Virus record (IMG/VR): IMGVR_UViG_3300035670_000062
Location: 32,001 to 96,000 of that record
Strand: one strand, 5' to 3'
DNA length: 64,000 nucleotides
Origin: a virus
In this document: one piece after another, positions 6,737 through 16,873 of the stretch
How the letters are laid out: every line of letters begins with the position of its first letter
Numbering within the stretch: the first letter of the stretch is position 1
The notes under the pieces: generated by a model
Databases searched by the model: none
The model's input: the letters and a program-made list of their open reading frames with translations, nothing else
What the model was told of the DNA's origin: nothing
Translations under genes and position numbers: made by a program

Positions 6737-7267
6737 ATGAAAAATTTAATAAGAACTTTTAAAAATGGAGTAAAAAATTTAATAAAATGGTTTCCTATTA
6801 TTTGGAAAGATAGAGATTGGGACCAACATTATATTTATGAAGTTTTAAAATTTAAACTCCAAAAACAGGCAAAATATATTTCTCAAAGAGGAAACCATCT
6901 TTCAGCTCAAAAAGATGCTCGTAATATGAATATATGTACTTCCCTTATTCAAAAAATCCAAGATGGTTATTACGAGTTAGAATATATGAATTATTGTATA
7001 GATAAGACTTGGTTTGAACCTATTAAAGATTCATATTCATGGGAAAGAGAAATATTAGATGAAAATTATGATTCATATTTCAAATTATATCCCTTAATCT
7101 ATAAAAAAGTTATTAATGATGAAATAAAATATTATGATATTAATAATGTTCATGGCAGCGAACGAAAAGAAAGGATTGCTATGAGTATAGCTCAATATAA
7201 TCAAAAAAGAGCCCAAGACTTATTATTTAAAATAATGAATGAACAGATTAATAGTTGGTGGGATTAA
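6737..7267 (+). CDS. conserved-type phage hypothetical protein
   Basis: WFPIIWKDRDWD N-terminus and SWWD C-terminus, a pattern recalled from large-phage proteins. Confidence 0.7.
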   Translation: MKNLIRTFKNGVKNLIKWFPIIWKDRDWDQHYIYEVLKFKLQKQAKYISQRGNHLSAQKDARNMNICTSLIQKIQDGYYELEYMNYCIDKTWFEPIKDSYSWEREILDENYDSYFKLYPLIYKKVINDEIKYYDINNVHGSERKERIAMSIAQYNQKRAQDLLFKIMNEQINSWWD

Positions 7268-7315
7268 TGTAGAATAACAAATAACTTTATATTTATATAT
7301 AAACAATATACTATT

Positions 7316-10300
7316 ATGAAACTAACAAAACTTTTAAGTCTATTTATAACGTTTATTGCTGTATTTATTAATATTAATACATACGCACAATACAACACAG
7401 GATTCGAAGGGTCAGATGAAACTAAAACATCCTATGCTTCTGGTGATGTTATTTTAAGTGGTATTCAATGGAATATGACTGAGGCATTGATTGGTACTCT
7501 TTCTAATGATAAAAAGATTGGTAGTCGATCCATGCGTATGAGGAGAAATGGTACTATTCCAGGAACAGCAACTATGTTGAATGATAAACCTGATGGGATT
7601 GGTACTATATCCTTTAAATATGCTAGATTTGGTACTGAAACAGGTCAGCCAACGTTATTTGTGGAATATAGTATAGATGGGGGTATTTCATGGACTCAGG
7701 CAGGATCATCCATAACATCTTTCCCAAATAGTTTAACAAATTGGTCAGCAACTATTAATCAGGGTGGGAATGTTAGGATTAGATTTAGAACAAATACTGG
7801 TGGTACCAGTCAAAGAAGGTTTAATATAGATGACATTCAATTAACCAACTACATACCAGCATGCTATCAACCAACTGCTTTTGGAACAGCATCAGCTCCA
7901 ACAACTCCAACTCCCCTTACAATAAGCACGTGTACATACGCAGGAGAATACAACACTATAAACTCTATAGTCTCAGGTCAAACTTATCAATTCGAATCTA
8001 GTATTGGAAGTGATTGGCTTGTTTTAACTGATGCTTCAAATAATCTTATTACTTCAGGCACCTCTCCTATAAATTGGACAGCAAACTTTAGTGGTACAGT
8101 TAGATTACATATTAGTACTAACTCTAATTGCGGGACTCAAAATATATGCAGAACAACCAAAGTAACTTGTCTTTCTTGCATTCCACCTCCTTGCATCCAA
8201 CCAACACCATTTATATCAATTAATGCCCCAACAACTCAGTCTCAACTAACAATAAGCACGTGTACTTATGCAGGGGAGTATAACACTATAAATTCTGTAG
8301 TTTCTGGGAGTACTTATCTATTTGAGTCTAGCATTAATACAGATTGGCTTGTTTTAACTGATGCTCAAAATAACCTACTCGCATCAGGTACCTCATCAAT
8401 TAACTGGACAGCAACCTTTAGTGGTACAGTTAGATTGCATGTTAGTGTGGATAATAACTGTGGCATTCAGAATGTATGTAGAACAACTAGTGTAATATGT
8501 ACTTCATGCATTCCAGTTCCTTGTACTCAACCTACACCATATGTGTCAATAAACGCACCTACAATTCCAACTCCCCAAATCATCACCAACTGTACATACG
8601 CTGGAGAATACAATACTATAAATTCTGTAGTTTCTGGGAGTACTTATCAATTCGAATCTAGCGTTGGAACTGACTGGCTTGTTTTAACCGATGCTTCAAA
8701 TAATGTAATCGTTTCTGGAAGTTCACCTATAAATTGGACGGCAAATTTTAATGGCACAGTCCGACTTCATGTTAGTACCAACTCTAATTGTGGAACTCAA
8801 AATGTATGTAGAACAACTACTATAACATGTAACTCTTGTCAATTTCCTCCTATTATAAGCTCTTTTACTCCAACTAATACTTGCTTTAACAGCAACGAAC
8901 AAATTATCATAACAGGACAAAACTTTACAAATGTTATAAGTGTAAGTTTAGGAAACAATAATGTTCAATCATTTGTTGTAAATAGCTCAACTCAGATAAC
9001 CATTTCAATTGGTTCAAGTATGTCTGGTTTTATTACTGTAGTTACACCTGGAGGTAGTACAACTAGTTCGAGTATTTTTACAGTAAATGCATCTCCCTCT
9101 CAGTCAGTTTCGGTTATTAATGTTGGATGTTTTGGTGATTCTAGTGGAAATATTAACCTAACTCCATCAGGTGGAAGTGCTCCATATTCCTTTAGTTGGA
9201 ACAATGGCGTCACTACTGAAGACTTAACAAACGTACCCGCTGGGATATATTCAGTAATTATCACCGATCAAAATAATTGTACCACTTCAACGTCAGTAAC
9301 AATAACCCAACCAACATCAACTTTAAACGATTCTATTGTTAAAACTAATGTTCTTATTTATGGTAACTCAACAGGAGCAATAGACTTAACAATGTCGGGT
9401 GGTACAGCTCCATACACATACTTATGGTCTAACGGAGCGACCACTGAAGACCTTACTGGTCTTGCCGCAGGAACCTACACTGTAACAGTTACTGATGCTA
9501 ATGGTTGTCAGCTTATAACAAGTGTAATAATTGAAGAACCTATTGATTGTACTATTGGTGATATTGAAGGGGCTCAAATATTATGTGGTTACTCTCAAGT
9601 CAGTTACACAATAGAAATACCTTCATGTGTTGTAAACTACTATTGGAATATGCCACAAGGAATGACGATAATTGATGAGGACACTGACGTAGCTGGATAT
9701 ATTACTGTGGATGTTTCAATTGATGAGTTAGATTTTGTATCGGGTGATATAATTTTTACTGCTGTTTATAGTGGAGGTACAAGTTCAGATACACTAGCTG
9801 TTAGTCAAATTCCATTTACACCAGAATTTATAACTACGGCTACTTGTGGTATACCTAATACTACTGTCACTTTTGAAGTAGAAGAAATTGAAGGTGTTGA
9901 AAGTTATGTTTGGACTCAACCAAATTTATCTAGTTTATTGTTTGGGCAAAATACAGACTCAGTTCGTGTAAAATTTGGTTCATTGTTTAATAGTGGAACA
10001 CTTTCGGTTGTTGCTACCAACCTTTGCGGTTCGAGTCCTGCTGCTGAATTCTTTATTTTAGCACCTCCCGCTACTGCAAATAATATTCAAGGACCAACTA
10101 CAATATGTTCAGTGGAGCCTTCACAACTTTATTATGTGGATTCGGTTGCCAATGCTTCCTACTACATTTGGGGTATGCCAAACGGAGCAACAATTATTTC
10201 AAATCCAGCTACTAATGATTCGGTTAATGTAATGTTCCAAAACTTTAGTTCGGGTGTAATTTCTGTGAAATCAGCAAATACCTGCGGAAGTTCCTCAATG

Positions 10301-11689
10301 AAATACTTAACTGTAACGGCTCCTTCTATTGCTGCACCAACGGGAATATCTGGTCCACAATCAGTTTGTTCGTATGTAGGAACAGGTCAGATTGTCAATT
10401 ACACAACCCCAATGGTGTCTGGAGTGACTAATTATATTTGGTCTATGCCTTCAGGAGCAACTATAAGTAATGGTTTGGGAACCAATACAATTGGTGTTCA
10501 GTTTGCTGCTGGATTTACAGGTGGTAACATAGGAGTGTCATTAAGTAATGGCTGTAGTTTAAGTCAACAATCAACATTACAATTATTGGGTGTGTCTGCA
10601 GGAGGTGCACCTCAATATATAGATCTTAATGGACAGTCTAGTGTTTGTTCGTTCATCGGTACTGGCAGCACTGTTTATAGTGTTACTCCTCCAATAGGAG
10701 CAAACAGTTATGTTTGGTCGGTACCTAATGATGCAACTATCATCAGTGGTTCAGGTACATCAAGTATTACTGTTTCGTTTGCTTCAAGTTTTGTAACCGG
10801 TACGATATCTGTTACCGTAATAACGAATTGTGGGACAACCTATCAACAATCTAAAACAGTGACAAAAATCCCTTCTGATGCTGGAGCGATAACTGGACCA
10901 AATTGTATTTTACTTGGATCAACTTATACCTATTCAATAGCAGCAGTTTCTGGAGCCACATCTTATCACTGGACGGTACCTTCAAATGCCACTATTACTA
11001 GTGGACAATGGACTTCAAGTATTACTGTACAATACTCAAATTCGTTTTCTGGTGGGGATATGACAGTTACACCTATTAATAGTTGTGGTAATGGAACATC
11101 CTCAACTATTACTATAGGTTTGGCAATAGTTGTACCGAGTCAAATTTTTGGTGCTACTTCGGTTTGTTTAGGTCAAACATTGACCTACTATGTTACACCT
11201 GTACCTACTGCCACATACTATATTTGGGCTGTTCCAGTTGGTATGGCTATAATTGGATATCAATATGGTGATAGTATCGTTGTGTCAGTAGATAATCAAT
11301 TTATTTCAGGTTTAATTTCTTGTAAATCTGTAAATGACTGTGGCAGTAGTCCAATGCGATACTCAAACACTATTTCAACCGGCAACTGTTCTACGGCTAT
11401 ATCAACATCACCTCAAGTTATTACTAAAATAAGTATAAATGAAAATAATGAAGTTGGATTATATCCAAATCCAACAAATGATAAAACATTTATTAAACTA
11501 ATAAACAATGAAGAAAAGTTAATAAAAATTATAATTTATGATAATAGTGGTAGATGTATATTTAATCAAGTTATAGATATAGATGGAGATTCAAACTTTA
11601 TAGATTTATCTATGTATAATTCTGGGGTTTATTTAGTTTTTATTATAACAAGTAATAGCAAGGATATATATAGAGTAATTAAAATTTAA
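7316..11689 (+). CDS. T9SS type-A sorting domain protein with SprB repeats, IPT/TIG and PKD-like domains (adhesin-like)
   Basis: Signal peptide; two SprB-type repeats (SGGSAPYSFSWNNGVTTEDLTNVPAGIYSVIITDQNNC); PKD-like YxWxVPxGA repeats; C-terminal LYPNPT...IYDNSG...SGVYLV...RVIK. Confidence 0.88.
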   Translation: MKLTKLLSLFITFIAVFININTYAQYNTGFEGSDETKTSYASGDVILSGIQWNMTEALIGTLSNDKKIGSRSMRMRRNGTIPGTATMLNDKPDGIGTISFKYARFGTETGQPTLFVEYSIDGGISWTQAGSSITSFPNSLTNWSATINQGGNVRIRFRTNTGGTSQRRFNIDDIQLTNYIPACYQPTAFGTASAPTTPTPLTISTCTYAGEYNTINSIVSGQTYQFESSIGSDWLVLTDASNNLITSGTSPINWTANFSGTVRLHISTNSNCGTQNICRTTKVTCLSCIPPPCIQPTPFISINAPTTQSQLTISTCTYAGEYNTINSVVSGSTYLFESSINTDWLVLTDAQNNLLASGTSSINWTATFSGTVRLHVSVDNNCGIQNVCRTTSVICTSCIPVPCTQPTPYVSINAPTIPTPQIITNCTYAGEYNTINSVVSGSTYQFESSVGTDWLVLTDASNNVIVSGSSPINWTANFNGTVRLHVSTNSNCGTQNVCRTTTITCNSCQFPPIISSFTPTNTCFNSNEQIIITGQNFTNVISVSLGNNNVQSFVVNSSTQITISIGSSMSGFITVVTPGGSTTSSSIFTVNASPSQSVSVINVGCFGDSSGNINLTPSGGSAPYSFSWNNGVTTEDLTNVPAGIYSVIITDQNNCTTSTSVTITQPTSTLNDSIVKTNVLIYGNSTGAIDLTMSGGTAPYTYLWSNGATTEDLTGLAAGTYTVTVTDANGCQLITSVIIEEPIDCTIGDIEGAQILCGYSQVSYTIEIPSCVVNYYWNMPQGMTIIDEDTDVAGYITVDVSIDELDFVSGDIIFTAVYSGGTSSDTLAVSQIPFTPEFITTATCGIPNTTVTFEVEEIEGVESYVWTQPNLSSLLFGQNTDSVRVKFGSLFNSGTLSVVATNLCGSSPAAEFFILAPPATANNIQGPTTICSVEPSQLYYVDSVANASYYIWGMPNGATIISNPATNDSVNVMFQNFSSGVISVKSANTCGSSSMKYLTVTAPSIAAPTGISGPQSVCSYVGTGQIVNYTTPMVSGVTNYIWSMPSGATISNGLGTNTIGVQFAAGFTGGNIGVSLSNGCSLSQQSTLQLLGVSAGGAPQYIDLNGQSSVCSFIGTGSTVYSVTPPIGANSYVWSVPNDATIISGSGTSSITVSFASSFVTGTISVTVITNCGTTYQQSKTVTKIPSDAGAITGPNCILLGSTYTYSIAAVSGATSYHWTVPSNATITSGQWTSSITVQYSNSFSGGDMTVTPINSCGNGTSSTITIGLAIVVPSQIFGATSVCLGQTLTYYVTPVPTATYYIWAVPVGMAIIGYQYGDSIVVSVDNQFISGLISCKSVNDCGSSPMRYSNTISTGNCSTAISTSPQVITKISINENNEVGLYPNPTNDKTFIKLINNEEKLIKIIIYDNSGRCIFNQVIDIDGDSNFIDLSMYNSGVYLVFIITSNSKDIYRVIKI
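7862..8851 (+). repeat. three tandem 330-bp (110 aa) Cys-containing domain repeats
   Basis: Units start at 7862, 8192 and 8522 (CTYAGEYNTINS...DWLVLTDA...NCGTQNVCRT). Confidence 0.9.
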
Positions 11690-11711
11690 TATTTATATTA
11701 AAATAATTAGT

Positions 11712-11954
11712 ATGAAAAAATTTATAATGACTATGCTTTCTAATAATTCAGGAGTATCTTCAAAACGAGTAATTGCATTTATAGGGTTCTTATTTTTATC
11801 AATAAGTATGTTTATTACTGTCTTTAAAAAAGAAGCAACCCCATCTCAATCATTAGTAACAGCAGTTGAAACTATTATAATAGTAGCATTAGGTGGTTCT
11901 ACTGTTGAAAAATTTTCAAAACAAAACTCAAAAATCAATCCAGAAGACGAATGA
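11712..11954 (+). CDS. putative holin
   Basis: 80 aa, two TM segments, SSKR motif, overlaps amidase start. Confidence 0.55.
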   Translation: MKKFIMTMLSNNSGVSSKRVIAFIGFLFLSISMFITVFKKEATPSQSLVTAVETIIIVALGGSTVEKFSKQNSKINPEDE

Positions 11955-12826
11955 TACTACAAAAAGGAAGCAAAGGTAAATTAGTTATTAACCTACAAAA
12001 TTTTCTAAAAATAACCCCAGATGGTAATTTTGGGCCTATGACTGAAGTGGCAGTTAGAAATTGGCAATTAAAAAATAATATTAAAGTAACAGGAGTTGTT
12101 GATTCTGTAACTTGGGATTCAATGGGATTAGCATCTACAGATGAATCTGAAAGAAACAACCATCAGGAAAATATTATAATAAATAAAGATTTTCTTCCTA
12201 AAGGAGAATATATGAATGGACCAACTAAAAAAGAATGGTTATTTTTACATCATACTGCTGGGTGGAATGATCCTTATAAAGTAATAAAATCATGGGGTAG
12301 AGACAATAGAGGAGCTATTGCTACTGAATTTGTATTAGGTGGTCCTAGTATAACTAATAATGATAATAAGTTTGATGGTGAAATTGTTCAAGCGTTTCCT
12401 GAAGGAGGATATGGTTGGCATTTAGGGACAGGAAATAATGAAATGCATAGAAATTCTGTTGGTATTGAAGTGTGTAATTTTGGTTACATTAAAGATGGTA
12501 AAACATACACAGGTAATGTAGTAAATCCTAATCAAATTGTTGAGTTAAAACAACCATTTAGAAAATATAAACAATGGCATAAATATTCTGACAATCAGTT
12601 AAATGCTCTTAAAAATCTTATTCTATATATAGCCAACAGAGACAACATTGATGTTAGAAAAGGATTACCTGAGTTGATTAAAACTATGGGAGTAGATGCT
12701 TTTGATTTTGTTAATATAAAACATGTAGAAACTAATAAAGGTTTATGGAATCATACAAACGTGAGATCAGACAAATTTGACATGTTTCCTCAACAAGAAC
12801 TTATAGACATGTTATTAAGTTTATAA
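11951..12826 (+). CDS. N-acetylmuramoyl-L-alanine amidase (endolysin) with N-terminal peptidoglycan-binding domain
   Basis: PG_binding_1-type DGNFGPMTEVAVRNWQ; LHHTAG, SVGIEVCN, H...KFD zinc-amidase motifs. Confidence 0.88.
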   Translation: MILQKGSKGKLVINLQNFLKITPDGNFGPMTEVAVRNWQLKNNIKVTGVVDSVTWDSMGLASTDESERNNHQENIIINKDFLPKGEYMNGPTKKEWLFLHHTAGWNDPYKVIKSWGRDNRGAIATEFVLGGPSITNNDNKFDGEIVQAFPEGGYGWHLGTGNNEMHRNSVGIEVCNFGYIKDGKTYTGNVVNPNQIVELKQPFRKYKQWHKYSDNQLNALKNLILYIANRDNIDVRKGLPELIKTMGVDAFDFVNIKHVETNKGLWNHTNVRSDKFDMFPQQELIDMLLSL

Positions 12827-12828
12827 TA

Positions 12829-13836
12829 ATGAAAAAATATATATTCCCTTTTATAATTGCTCTATCTGCAATTAGTGTTAGTGCGTCTGCTGCTTTCTAT
12901 AGTGTATATGGTTTATTTAAATTATTTAGTGGTGCAGGTATTGCTATTATTATTATGGCTTCTGCACTTGAAATATCAAAATTAGTAGTAGCTTCATTGT
13001 TACATCAGTATTGGAAGGAGTTAAATAAGTTACTTAAAATATATTTGTCTGTAGCTTTAGGGATATTAATGCTTATTACTAGTTTAGGTATATATGGATT
13101 TTTAACTCATTCATATCAGCAAACATATAATGCATCTATGATGGTTGAAAATCAATTAGAATTAATTGAAAATAAACTCGATTATTTTAATAATAATATA
13201 GATAATATAAACTCACAAATATCCCTTAAATCTCAACGAATTATCACTTTAGTTGAACTTAGAACTCAACAAGAAACTAGATTAGATTCATTATATAATA
13301 AAAATAAATACAAACAAGCTAAAGCAACTGAAGGGGTTATATTTGAAGCTAATAATGATATTAAGTTTTTGGAAAAGGAAATGGATACTTTAAATATAAA
13401 TTTAAATAAATGGAATGATTCAATTAATATTACTAAATATAAAATATTAGAATTAACCAACAATAATCAAGCTTCAGCTGAGTTAGGTCCCTTAAAATAT
13501 TTATCAAACCTATTAAATAAACCAATGGATCAGATTATAAATTGGTATATGCTTTTAATCATATTTGTATTTGATCCTTTAGCTATAGCTTTAGTATTAG
13601 TTGCTAATTTTACTTTTTCAAAGATTAAACCTAAAAAATTATATTATACTAAAGATTCACCTGTTATATATGAAGAAAAGAAGGAGGAAATAATCTCCCA
13701 ACAAAGTGATTTACCTGAAGATGTAATTGATATTGATGATAGAATTAGTAACATATTGAATAGTGATTTAAGTGAAAAAAAGAAAAATAAAATAATTAAT
13801 CAAATAAAAAATGATGATTTAACTATAAATTATTAA
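12829..13836 (+). CDS. membrane protein with periplasmic coiled coil
   Basis: 3 N-terminal TM segments, coiled coil, C-terminal TM with IFVFDPLA. Confidence 0.75.
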   Translation: MKKYIFPFIIALSAISVSASAAFYSVYGLFKLFSGAGIAIIIMASALEISKLVVASLLHQYWKELNKLLKIYLSVALGILMLITSLGIYGFLTHSYQQTYNASMMVENQLELIENKLDYFNNNIDNINSQISLKSQRIITLVELRTQQETRLDSLYNKNKYKQAKATEGVIFEANNDIKFLEKEMDTLNINLNKWNDSINITKYKILELTNNNQASAELGPLKYLSNLLNKPMDQIINWYMLLIIFVFDPLAIALVLVANFTFSKIKPKKLYYTKDSPVIYEEKKEEIISQQSDLPEDVIDIDDRISNILNSDLSEKKKNKIINQIKNDDLTINY

Positions 13837-13851
13837 AACCACTTCTATGAA

Positions 13852-13897
13852 TTTGTTTGGCTCCACAGGGAGCCATTCGTATCTTTATATTATAAGA
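13852..13897 (+). promoter_or_regulatory. repeated early promoter, copy 4
   Basis: tttgtttggctccacagggagccattcgtatctttatattataaga. Confidence 0.8.
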
Positions 13898-13926
13898 TTA
13901 ATTAATAAAAACAAAAAATAAAAGTT

Positions 13927-14703
13927 ATGAAAACAAAACAATGGTTACAAGAAAATGTAAAATCAATTTTTACAACAAGTGGTAGTGAAAATACATCAGA
14001 AAAATACACACATATCCCAACTTATAAAGTTGTAGAAGACATGGAATTATTGGGATGGGAAGTTGAAGAAGCTAAAGAAGTTAAAGCTAGAAAAAATGTA
14101 GGTTTCCAAAAACATCTTTTAATTTTTAGAAATCCAAATGTTGTCATTAATGGAAAAGATGGTGATACAATTCAACCACAAATCATATTAACTAATTCAA
14201 GTGATGGTAAGAATGCATTTTCTTTCAGAGCAGGTATGTATAGATTCATTTGCGAAAATGGATTAATAATTGGTGAAAATATTGTTGAACCAATTAAAAT
14301 AAGACATATGGGTTATTCATTTGAGGATTTAAGAATTAGTATTAATTCAATAATTGAAAAACTTCCACTTACTGTTGAGTCAATGAATAAAATGAAAGAA
14401 ATTGAATTAAATGAAACTCAATTAGTTGAATTTGCTAACAAAGCCTTAACTGTTAGATTTACAGAAGAAGAATTAAAAACATATAAAGTTGACATCTTTA
14501 ATTTACTTCAACCAACACGAGATGCTGATTCAGGAAATGGTTTATGGGAAATATTTAATGTATTTCAAGAAAAAATTATTAAAGGAAATTTTCAATATTT
14601 CAATGGTAAAAAATATAGAAAAGCTCGCCCAATTAAAAACTTCAATCAAGATTTAGAAGTCAATTCAAAATTATTCGATTTAGCATTAGAATATGTTTCA
14701 TAG
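13927..14703 (+). CDS. DUF932/DUF945-family protein
   Basis: SEKYTHIPT, KHLLIFR, NSSDG, GMYRFICENG, LWEIFNVFQE motifs. Confidence 0.85.
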   Translation: MKTKQWLQENVKSIFTTSGSENTSEKYTHIPTYKVVEDMELLGWEVEEAKEVKARKNVGFQKHLLIFRNPNVVINGKDGDTIQPQIILTNSSDGKNAFSFRAGMYRFICENGLIIGENIVEPIKIRHMGYSFEDLRISINSIIEKLPLTVESMNKMKEIELNETQLVEFANKALTVRFTEEELKTYKVDIFNLLQPTRDADSGNGLWEIFNVFQEKIIKGNFQYFNGKKYRKARPIKNFNQDLEVNSKLFDLALEYVS

Positions 14704-14721
14704 AAATATGAAAAAATAATT

Positions 14722-14748
14722 AAAGCTCCTATAAATGGAGCTTTTTTT
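14722..14748 (+). terminator. intrinsic terminator
   Basis: AAAGCTCC-tataaat-GGAGCTTT followed by T tract. Confidence 0.85.
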
Positions 14749-14919
14749 ATCTAATCTTATATATAAACATATGTTTATTTCTTACTTTAAGTCGATTTAA
14801 AACCATTTAAATTAAAAATCATATATTTCATCAATAGTAATAATATAACGTTTTTAATTAATCTTATCTTAATTGATTATTATTTTGTTTGGTTATATTT
14901 TATTCGTATATTTATAATC

Positions 14920-15354
14920 ATGAATGTAAATAAAATATTTAATCTTTTTGGGAATGATGAAGTTCCTGAGGATAATAATGAAATTGATAATATTATTGAT
15001 TGGAGGGATACACCTACATATAAAATAGGTATGTTCAAGAAAATCATTATTAATAATAAGATGATTAAAAATGTTTTTATAAAAAATTTAAAGGAAAATG
15101 GCATTATAGATTTAGATGAAGAAGACATGGAAAAAGCTGGTGAATTTTTAGCTTATAATAGGTCATGGGATTATATTAAAGATTGTGATATTAATAATGA
15201 TGTTTGGAAAGATGCATTGTTGTTATCAAATAAAGAAGAAATTATTTCTATATTAATCAATTCAATCTTATTCTTTGAAAATTCTGAAGAATATGAAAAA
15301 TGTGCACTTTTAAAAAGTATTTTGGATTTTTTAAATTTAAATTTGGCTTCGTAA
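14920..15354 (+). CDS. hypothetical protein with C-terminal UVR-like motif
   Basis: FFENSEEYEKCALLKSI. Confidence 0.65.
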   Translation: MNVNKIFNLFGNDEVPEDNNEIDNIIDWRDTPTYKIGMFKKIIINNKMIKNVFIKNLKENGIIDLDEEDMEKAGEFLAYNRSWDYIKDCDINNDVWKDALLLSNKEEIISILINSILFFENSEEYEKCALLKSILDFLNLNLAS

Positions 15355-15545
15355 AAAAAGTTTTATAACTATACGATAGGGGTGTTTAGAGAGATACTTA
15401 AAAGTATAAATAACATGAGAGAGATGAGAGATAGGAGAACATGAGATAACTGAGATAATAGGTGGTTATATGTTTACATATATCGCTAAGGAAAATGAGT
15501 TATAAAATAACATAATAAGAATTATAAATAATATAAATATAGAAA

Positions 15546-15716
15546 ATGAGAAACAAAGAACTAACATTGAGACGATTGAGAACCTTAAGTGGAATGTTAA
15601 AACAACTAGATACTCTAGTTAGACGAGGGGGGAGTTTGACAGATATAAACAATCTACAAATAGAAATAACCAATATTATTCAGGATATCGATGATATTAT
15701 TTCAAGAGAAGATTAA
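15546..15716 (+). CDS. small hypothetical protein (56 aa, not in ORF track)
   Basis: MRNKELTLRRLRTLSGMLKQLDTLVRRGG...IISRED; A-rich start context. Confidence 0.6.
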   Translation: MRNKELTLRRLRTLSGMLKQLDTLVRRGGSLTDINNLQIEITNIIQDIDDIISRED

Positions 15717-15759
15717 TACGCTCTAATTAACTTACATAAATATAAAATAAAAAACAGTT

Positions 15760-16566
15760 ATGAACTTAACACCAGAACAACTTAAACAAAATTGGGATAC
15801 ATTAATCAATTATATTGAAACATATATCTCCAACCCTAGAAAAAAACATCTATTAAATTTCTATAATAAATTTCAGGATAGGTTAATGTTTATCCCAGCA
15901 TCAGGAAAAAAAGAATATCACAATGCATTCCCAGGTGGATACATAGATCATATTAATAGAGTAGTTGAATGTGCTTTAAAATTACATGGTGTTTGGACTG
16001 AAATGGGTTCAAATTCAAATACATATTCAATTGAAGAACTTGTATTTGCTGCTATAAATCATGATTTAGGTAAATTAGGAGATGAATATGAAGATGCATA
16101 TATTCCTCAAACAGATCAATGGAGACGAGAAAAATTAGGAGAGGATTATATGAATAACAATAAAATAGCATATGCATCAATTCCTGATAGAGGATTATAT
16201 TTACTTCAATTACATGATATTAAATATACATTCAATGAAATGGTAGCTATTCAGACTCATGATGGTTTATATGATGAGGGTAATAAAAAATATTTAATGG
16301 GATATCATGCAGACACTAAACCTAGAACTAACTTAATTTATATATTACATCAAGCAGATATGATGGCTTCAAGAATTGAATTTGAAAAAGAATATAAGTT
16401 CCCTTCAATCAAATCCCCTTCAGAAAAACTATCATCTAAAAAGTCAGATGATAATTTTAGTTTAGTTAATTCAATGCAACCTAAAACCTCAACTTCAAAA
16501 TCAAAAGAAAAAGCATTATCAACAATTAAAAGTGATAATTTGTTGGATATGTTAAATAAAATGTAA
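15760..16566 (+). CDS. HD-domain phosphohydrolase
   Basis: H(NAFPGGYID)H, NHDLGK, THDG, HQAD motifs. Confidence 0.88.
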   Translation: MNLTPEQLKQNWDTLINYIETYISNPRKKHLLNFYNKFQDRLMFIPASGKKEYHNAFPGGYIDHINRVVECALKLHGVWTEMGSNSNTYSIEELVFAAINHDLGKLGDEYEDAYIPQTDQWRREKLGEDYMNNNKIAYASIPDRGLYLLQLHDIKYTFNEMVAIQTHDGLYDEGNKKYLMGYHADTKPRTNLIYILHQADMMASRIEFEKEYKFPSIKSPSEKLSSKKSDDNFSLVNSMQPKTSTSKSKEKALSTIKSDNLLDMLNKM

Positions 16567-16570
16567 ATAT

Positions 16571-16873
16571 ATGATATACATAATAATAACATTGTCAATA
16601 CTATTAATATTAGCTATTTTTATTATAGTTAATCTATTAATAAGAAACGAAAAACAAGAAGATATACTAATTGAATATTTTAAATACATTGATAAAATAT
16701 CTAAAGTAATAACAATATCTTCAAAAAAGATAAAAGAAGTAGATTATGCTGGTTCATTTGAAAATGATGATGAAACTGGGACTATATTTAAATCAATAAA
16801 GGAAATCCAAGATATTTTAAATCAATTTATAGTACATACAATTAAAGAAGAAGAAGATGCCAAAAAAATCTAA
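16571..16873 (+). CDS. single-TM hypothetical protein
   Basis: N-terminal hydrophobic helix; FENDDETG motif. Confidence 0.7.
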   Translation: MIYIIITLSILLILAIFIIVNLLIRNEKQEDILIEYFKYIDKISKVITISSKKIKEVDYAGSFENDDETGTIFKSIKEIQDILNQFIVHTIKEEEDAKKI

